NCBI GenBank assembly: GCA_964016885.1
Contig: OZ024740.1
Coordinates: 421,476,001 to 421,540,000, forward strand
DNA length: 64,000 nucleotides
From: Eledone cirrhosa
Taxonomy: Eukaryota
Direction: 5' to 3'
The notes below the pieces were generated by a model. That model was given only the letters and a program-made list of their open reading frames with translations. It was not told where the DNA came from and searched no databases. Shown here one piece after another: positions 55,601 to 64,000 of this stretch. A program made the translations under genes and the position numbers. The first letter of the stretch is position 1. Each line of letters starts with the position of its first letter.

Positions 55601-58600
55601 GAGGATCCCTCAGTCATGTCAGGGACAAGACAGTCTCCCTGGTGATCTACACTGACAGGGTTGAGAGGATCCCTCAGTCATGTCAGGGACAAGACAGTCT
55701 TACTGGTGATCTACACTGACAGGGTTGAGAGGATCCCTCAGTCATGCCAGGGACAAGACAGTCTTACTGGTGATCTACACTGACAGGGTTGAGAGGATCC
55801 CTCAGTCATGTCAGGGACAAGACAGTCTTACTGGTGATCTACACTGACAGGGTTGAGAGGATCCCTCAGTCATGTCAGGGACAAGACAGTCTTACTGGTG
55901 ATCTACACTGACAGGGTTGAGAGGATCCCTCAGTCATGTCAGGGACAAGACAGTCTTACTGGTGATCTACACTGACAGGGTTGAGAGGATCCCTCAGTCA
56001 TGTCAGGGACAAGACAGTCTCCCTGGTGATCTACACTGACAGGGTTGAGAGGATCCCTCAGTCATGTCAGGGACAAGACAGTCTCCCTGGTGATCTACAC
56101 TGACAGGGTTGAGAGGATCCCTCAGTCATGTCAGGGACAAGACAGTCTTACTGGTGATCTACACTGACAGGGTTGAGAGGATCCCTCAGTCATGCCAGGG
56201 ACAAGACAGTCTTACTGGTGATCTACACTGACAGGGTTGAGAGGACCCCTCAGTCATGTCAGGGACAAGACAGTCTCCCTGGTGATCTACACTGACAGGG
56301 TTGAGAGGATGCCTCAGTCATGTCAGGGACAAGACAGTCTCCCTGGTGATCTACACTGACAGTTTTGAGAGGATCCCTCAGTCATGTCAGGGACAAGACA
56401 GTCTTACTGGTGATCTACACTGACAGGGTTGAGAGGATCCCTCAGTCATGTCAGGGACAAGACAGTCTCACTGGTGATCTACACTGACAGGGTTGAGAGC
56501 ATCCCTCAGTCATGTCAGGGACAAGACAGTCTCCCTGGTGATCTACACTGACAGGGTTGAGAGGATCCCTCAGTCATGCCAGGGACAAGACAGTCTCACT
56601 GGTGATCTACACTGACAGGGTTGAGAGGATCCCTCAGTCATGTCAGGGACAAGACAGTCTCCCTGATGATCTACACTGACAGGGTTGAGAGGATCCCTCA
56701 TTCATGCCAGGGACAAGACAGTCTCCCTGGTGATCTACACTGACAGGGTTGAGAGGATCCCTCAGTCATGTCAGGGACAAGACAGTCTCCCTGGTGATCT
56801 ACACTGACAGGGTTGAGAGGATCCCTCAGTCATGCCAGGGACAAGACAGTCTTACTGGTGATCTACACTGACAGGGTTGAGAGGATCCCTCAGGCATGCC
56901 AGGGACAAGACAGCCTCCCTGGTGATCTACACTGACAGGGTTGAGAGGATCCCTCAGTCATGTCAGGGACAAGACAGTCTTACTGGTGATCTACACTGAC
57001 AGGGTTGAGAGATCCCTCAGTCATGCCATGGAGAAGACAGTCTTACTGGTGATCTACACTGACAGGGTTGAGAGGATCCCTCAGTCATGTCAGGGGACAA
57101 GACAGTCTCACTGGTGATCTACACTGACAGGGTTGAGAGGATCCCTCAGTCATGTCAGGGACAAGACAGTCTTACTGGTGATCTACACTGACAGGGTTGA
57201 GAGGATCCCTCAGTCATGCCAGGGACAAGACAGTCTCCCTGGTGATCTACACTGACAGGGTTGAGAGGATCCCTCAGTCATGTCAGGGGACAAGACAGTC
57301 TCACTGGTGATCTACACTGACAGGGCTGAGAGGATCCCTCAGTCATGTCAGGGACAAGACAGTCTCACTGGTGATCTACACTGACAGGGTTGAGAGGATC
57401 CCTCAGTCATGCCAGGGACAAGACAGCCTCCCTGGTGATCTACACTGACAGGGTTGAGAGGACCCCTCAGTCATGTCAGGGACAAGACAGTCTTACTGGT
57501 GATCTACACTGACAGGGTTGAGAGGATCCCTCAGTCATGACAGTGACAAGACAGCCTCCCTGGTGATCTACAATGACAGGGTTGAGAGGACCCCTCAGTC
57601 ATGTCAGGGACAAGACAGTCTTACTGGTGATCTACACTGACAGGGTTGAGAGGACCCCTCAGTCATGTCAGGGACAAGACAGTCTTACTGGTGATCTACA
57701 CTGACAGGGTTGAGAGGATCCCTCAGTCATGTCAAGGACAAGACAGTCTCCCTGGTGATCTACACTGACAGGGTTGAGAGGATCCCTCAGTCATGTCAGG
57801 GACAAGACAGTCTCACTGGTGATCTACACTGACAGGGTTGAGAGGACCCCTCAGTCATGTCAGGGACAAGACAGTCTTACTGGTGATCTACACTGACAGG
57901 GTTGAGAGGATCCCTCAGTCATGCCAGGGACAAGACAGCCTCCCTGGTGATCTACAATGACAGGGTTGAGAGGACCCCTCAGTCATGTCAGGGACAAGAC
58001 AGTCTTACTGGTGATCTACACTGACAGGGTTGAGAGGATCCCTCAGTCATGTCAGGGACAAGACAGTCTTACTGGTGATCTACACTGACAGGGTTGAGAG
58101 GATCCCTCAGTCATGCCAGGGACAAGACAGCCTCCCTGGTGATCTACACTGACAGGGTTGAGAGGACCCCTCAGTCATGTCAGGGACAAGACAGTCTTAC
58201 TGGTGATCTACACTGACAGGGTTGAGAGGATCCCTCAGTCATGTCAGGGACAAGACAGTCTCACTGGTGATCTACACTGACAGGGTTGAGAGGATCCCTC
58301 AGTCATGTCAGGGACAAGACAGTCTTACTGGTGATCTACACTGACAGGGTTGAGAGGATCCCTCAGTCATGTCAGGGACAAGACAGTCTTACTGGTGATC
58401 TACACTGACAGGGTTGAGAGGATCCCTCAGTCATGTCAGGGACAAGACAGTCTTACTGGTGATCTACACTGACAGGGTTGAGAGGATCCCTCAGTCATGT
58501 CAGGGACAAGACAGTCTTACTGGTGATCTACACTGACAGGGTTGAGAGGATCCCTCAGTCATGTCAGGGACAAGACAGTCTTACTGGTGATCTACACTGA

Positions 58601-61600
58601 CAGGGTTGAGAGGACCCCTCAGTCATGTCAGGGACAAGACAGTCTTACTGGTGATCTACACTGACAGGGTTGAGAGGATCCCTCAGTCATGTCAGGGACA
58701 AGACAGTCTTACTGGTGATCTACACTGACAGGGTTGAGAGGATCCCTCAGTCATGTCAGGGACAAGACAGTCTTACTGGTGATCTACACTGACAGGGTTG
58801 AGAGGACCCCTCAGTCATGTCAGGGACAAGACAGTCTTACTGGTGATCTACACTGACAGGGTTGAGAGGATCCCTCAGTCATGTCAGGGACAAGACAGTC
58901 TTACTGGTGATCTATACTGACAGGGTTGAGAGGACCCCTCAGTCATGTCAGGGACAAGACAGTCTCCCTGGTGATCTACACTGACAGGGTTGAGAGGATC
59001 CCTCAGTCATGTCAGGGACAAGACAGTCTCCCTGGTGATCTACACTGACAGGGTTGAGAGGATCCCTCAGTCATGCTAGGGACAAGACAGTCTTACTGGT
59101 GATCTACACTGACAGGGTTGAGAGGACCCCTCAGTCATGTCAGGGACAAGACAGTCTTACTGGTGATCTACACTGACAGGGTTGAGAGGATCCCTCAGTC
59201 ATGCTAGGGACAAGACAGTCTTACTGGTGATCTACACTGACAGGGTTGAGAGGATCCCTCAGTCATGTCAAGGACTAGACAGTCTCCCTGGTGATCTACA
59301 CTGACAGGGTTGAGAGGATCCCTCAGTCATGCTAGGGACAAGACAGTCTTACTGGTGATCTACACTGACAGGGTTGAGAGGACCCCTCAGTCATGTCAGG
59401 GACAAGACAGTCTTACTGGTGATCTACACTGACAGGGTTGAGAGGATCCCTCAGTCATGCTAGGGACAAGACAGTCTTACTGGTGATCTACACTGACAGG
59501 GTTGAGAGGACCCCTCAGTCATGTCAAGGACTAGACAGTCTCCCTGGTGATCTACACTGACAGGGTTGAGAGGATCCCTCAGTCATGCTAGGGACAAGAC
59601 AGTCTTACTGGTGATCTACACTGACAGGGTTGAGAGGATCCCTCAGTCATGTCAGGGACAAGACAGTCTTACTGGTGATCTACACTGACAGGGTTGAGAG
59701 GATCCCTCAGTCATGTCAGGGACAAGACAGTCTTACTGGTGATCTACACTGACAGGGTTGAGAGGACCCCTCAGTCATGTCAGGGACAAGACAGTCTTAC
59801 TGGTGATCTACACTGACAGGGTTGAGAGGATCCCTCAGTCATGTCAGGGACAAGACAGTCTTACTGGTGATCTACACTGACAGGGTTGAGAGGATCCCTC
59901 AGTCATGTCAGGGACAAGACAGTCTTACTGGTGATCTACACTGACAGGGTTGAGAGGACCCCTCAGTCATGTCAGGGACAAGACAGTCTTACTGGTGATC
60001 TACACTGACAGGGTTGAGAGGATCCCTCAGTCATGTCAGGGACAAGACAGTCTTACTGGTGATCTATACTGACAGGGTTGAGAGGACCCCTCAGTCATGT
60101 CAGGGACAAGACAGTCTCCCTGGTGATCTACACTGACAGGGTTGAGAGGATCCCTCAGTCATGTCAGGGACAAGACAGTCTCCCTGGTGATCTACACTGA
60201 CAGGGTTGAGAGGATCCCTCAGTCATGCCAGGGACAAGACAGTCTTACTGGTGATCTACACTGACAGGGTTGAGAGGACCCCTCAGTCATGTCAGGGACA
60301 AGACAGTCTTACTGGTGATCTACACTGACAGGGTTGAGAGGATCCCTCAGTCATGCTAGGGACAAGACAGTCTTACTGGTGATCTACACTGACAGGGTTG
60401 AGAGGATCCCTCAGTCATGTCAAGGACTAGACAGTCTCCCTGGTGATCTACACTGACAGGGTTGAGAGGATCCCTCAGTCATGCTAGGGACAAGACAGTC
60501 TTACTGGTGATCTACACTGACAGGGTTGAGAGGACCCCTCAGTCATGTCAGGGACAAGACAGTCTTACTGGTGATCTACACTGACAGGGTTGAGAGGATC
60601 CCTCAGTCATGCTAGGGACAAGACAGTCTTACTGGTGATCTACACTGACAGGGTTGAGAGGATCCCTCAGTCATGTCAAGGACTAGACAGTCTCCCTGGT
60701 GATCTACACTGACAGGGTTGAGAGGATCCCTCAGTCATGCTAGGGACAAGACAGTCTTACTGGTGATCTACACTGACAGGGTTGAGAGGACCCCTCAGTC
60801 ATGTCAGGGACAAGACAGTCTTACTGGTGATCTACACTGACAGGGTTGAGAGGATCCCTCAGTCATGCTAGGGACAAGACAGTCTTACTGGTGATCTACA
60901 CTGACAGGGTTGAGAGGACCCCTCAGTCATGTCAAGGACTAGACAGTCTCCCTGGTGATCTACACTGACAGGGTTGAGAGGATCCCTCAGTCATGCTAGG
61001 GACAAGACAGTCTTACTGGTGATCTACACTGACAGGGTTGAGAGGATCCCTCAGTCATGTCAGGGACAAGACAGTCTTACTGGTGATCTACACTGACAGG
61101 GTTGAGAGGACCCCTCAGTCATGCCAGGGACAAGACAGTCTTACTGGTGATCTACACTGACAGGGTTGAGAGGATCCCTCAGTCATGCTAGGGACAAGAC
61201 AGTCTTACTGGTGATCTACACTGACAGGGTTGAGAGGACCCCTCAGTCATGTCAGGGACAAGACAGTCTTACTGGTGATCTACACTGACAGGGTTGAGAG
61301 GACCCCTCAGTCATGCCAGCGACAAGACAGTCTCCCTGGTGATCTACACTGACAGGGTTGAGAGGATCCCTCAGTCATGCCAGCGACAAGACAGTCTCCC
61401 TGGTGATCTACACTGACAGGGTTGAGAGGATCCCTCAGTCATGTCAGGGACAAGACAGTCTTACTGGTGATCTACACTGACAGGGTTGAGAGGATCCCTC
61501 AGTCATGTCAGGGACAAGACAGCCTCCCTGGTGATCTACACTGACAGGGTTGAGAGGATCCCTCAGTCATGTCAGGGACAAGACAGTCTCCCTGGTGATC

Positions 61601-64000
61601 TACACTGACAGGGTTGAGAGGATCCCTCAGTCATGTCAGGGACAAGACAGTCTCCCTGGTGATCTACACTGACAGGGTTGAGAGGATCCCTCAGTCATGT
61701 CAGGGACAAGACAGTCTCCCTGGTGATCTACACTGACAGGGTTGAGAGGATCCCTCAGTCATGTCAGGGACAAGACAGTCTCCCTGGTGATCTACACTGA
61801 CAGGGTTGAGAGGATCCCTCAGTCATGCCAGGGACAAGACAGTCTTACTGGTGATCTACACTGACAGGGTTGAGAGGACCCCTCAGTCATGTCAGGGACA
61901 AGACAGTCTTACTGGTGATCTACACTGACAGGGTTGAGAGGACCCCTCAGTCATGTCAGGGACAAGACAGCCTCCCTGGTGATCTACACTGACAGGGTTG
62001 AGAGGATCCCTCAGGCATGCCAGGGACAAGACAGTCTTACTGGTGATCTACACTGACAGGGTTGAGAGGACCCCTCAGTCATGTCAGGGACAAGACAGTC
62101 TTACTGGTGATCTACACTGACAGGGTTGAGAGGATCCCTCAGTCATGCCAGGGACAAGACAGCCTCCCTGGTGATCTACAATGACAGGGTTGAGAGGACC
62201 CCTCAGTCATGTCAGGGACAAGACAGTCTTACTGGTGATCTACACTGACAGGGTTGAGAGGATCCCTCAGTCATGTCAGGGACAAGACAGTCTTACTGGT
62301 GATCTACACTGACAGGGTTGAGAGGATCCCTCAGTCATGCCAGGGACAAGACAGCCTCCCTGGTGATCTACAATGACAGGGTTGAGAGGACCCCTCAGTC
62401 ATGTCAAGGACAAGACAGTCTCCCTGGTGATCTACACTGACAGGGTTGAGAGGATCCCTCAGTCATGTCAAGGACTAGACAGTCTCCCTGGTGATCTACA
62501 CTGACAGGGTTGAGAGGACCCCTCAGTCATGTCAGGGACAAGACAGTCTTACTGGTGATCTACACTGACAGGGTTGAGAGGATCCCTCAGTCATGTCAGG
62601 GACAAGACAGTCTTACTGGTGATCTACACTGACAGGGTTGAGAGGACCCCCTCAATCATGCCAGGGACAAGACAGTCTTACTAGTGATCTACACTGACAG
62701 GGTTGAGAGGACCCCTCAGGCATGTCAGGGACAAGACAGTCTTACTGGTGATCTACAATGACAGGGTTGAGAGGACCCCCTCAATCATGCCAGGGACAAG
62801 ACAGTCTTACTAGTGATCTACACTGACAGGGTTGAGAGGACCCCTCAGGCATGTCAGGGACAAGACAGTCTTACTGGTGATCTACAATGACAGGGTTGAG
62901 AGGACCCCCTCAATCATGCCAGGGACAAGACAGTCTTACTGGTGATCTACACTGACAGGGTTGAGAGGATCCCTCAGGCATGCCAGGGACAAGACAGCCT
63001 CCCTGGTGATCTACACTGACAGGGTTGAGAGGATCCCTCAGTCATGCCAGGGACAAGACAGTCTCACTGGTGATCTACACTGACAGGGTTGAGAGGATCC
63101 CTCAGTCATGCCAGGGACAAGACAGTCTTACTGGTGATCTACACTGACAGGGTTGAGAGGACCCCTCAGGCATGCCAGGGACAAAACAGCCTCCCTGGTG
63201 ATCTACACTGACAGGGTTGAGAGGATCCCTCAGTCATATCAGGGACAAGACAGTCTTACTGGTGATATACACTGACAGGGTTGAGAGGACCCCTCAGTCA
63301 TGTCAGGGACAAGACAGTCTTACTGGTGATCTACACTGACAGGGTTGAGAGGATCCCTCAGTCATGTCAGGGACAAGACAGTCTTACTGGTGATCTACAC
63401 TGACAGGGTTGAGAGGACCCCTCAGTCATGTCAGGGACAAGACAGTCTCCCTGGTGATCTACACTGACAGGGTTGAGAGGATCCCTCAGTCATGTCAGGG
63501 ACAAGACAGTCTCCCTGGTGATCTACACTGACAGGGTTGAGAGGATCCCTCAGTCATGTCAGGGACAAGACAGTCTTACTGGTGATCTACACTGACAGGG
63601 TTGAGAGGATCCCTCAGTCATGCCAGGGACAAGACAGTCTTACTGGTGATCTACACTGACAGGGTTGAGAGGATCCCTCAGTCATGTCAGGGACAAGACA
63701 GTCTTACTGGTGATCTACACTGACAGGGTTGAGAGGATCCCTCAGTCATGTCAGGGACAAGACAGTCTTACTGGTGATCTACACTGACAGGGTTGAGAGG
63801 ATCCCTCAGTCATGTCAGGGACAAGACAGTCTTACTGGTGATCTACACTGACAGGGTTGAGAGGATCCCTCAGTCATGTCAGGGACAAGACAGTCTCCCT
63901 GGTGATCTACACTGACAGGGTTGAGAGGATCCCTCAGTCATGTCAGGGACAAGACAGTCTCCCTGGTGATCTACACTGACAGGGTTGAGAGGATCCCTCA
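37603..64000. repeat. Satellite array B, 64-bp monomer (GACAGGGTTGAGAGGA[T/C]CCCTCAGTCATG[T/C]CAGGGACAAGACAG[T/C]CT[CC/TA/CA]CTGGTGATCTACACT), about 412 copies, continuing off the right edge
   Basis: Direct 64-bp periodicity, highly homogeneous. BamHI site in the T variant. Confidence 0.99.

Noticed and set aside
1-64000. CRISPR array interpretation of the 31-bp or 64-bp repeats
   Set aside because: The monomers are contiguous with no unique spacers, there are no cas genes, and the context is a spliced eukaryotic gene.
37603-64000. Hammerhead ribozyme in the 64-bp monomer, as in newt or schistosome satellites
   Set aside because: Neither strand has CUGANGA together with GAAA. The closest are CUGACAUGA and CUGAGGG, and there is no GAAA.

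Overview
Eukaryotic (animal) genomic DNA. The SINE, microsatellite and MITE content suggests a mollusc, most likely a coleoid cephalopod such as Octopus; this is inferred from repeat style and is not proven. About 55 kb of the 64 kb is two unrelated tandem satellite arrays: a 31-bp monomer array (1 to ~28570) and a 64-bp monomer array (37603 to 64000), each with kilobase-scale higher-order duplications. Between them is a ~9-kb island carrying four minus-strand coding exons of WDR19/IFT144 (N-terminal WD40 region). All four have canonical GT-AG sites and join in frame. The neighbouring WDR19 exons are not in the window, so both arrays appear to be intronic. The island also holds tRNA-derived SINEs, a piggyBac-type MITE nested in a SINE, a mariner-type MITE, a 3' fragment of a CRE-like LINE, a Penelope-type hammerhead ribozyme core, a near-perfect 348-bp palindrome and several microsatellites. 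Nearly all ORFs in the supplied track are repeat artefacts. No prokaryotic-type system (CRISPR, operon) is supported.
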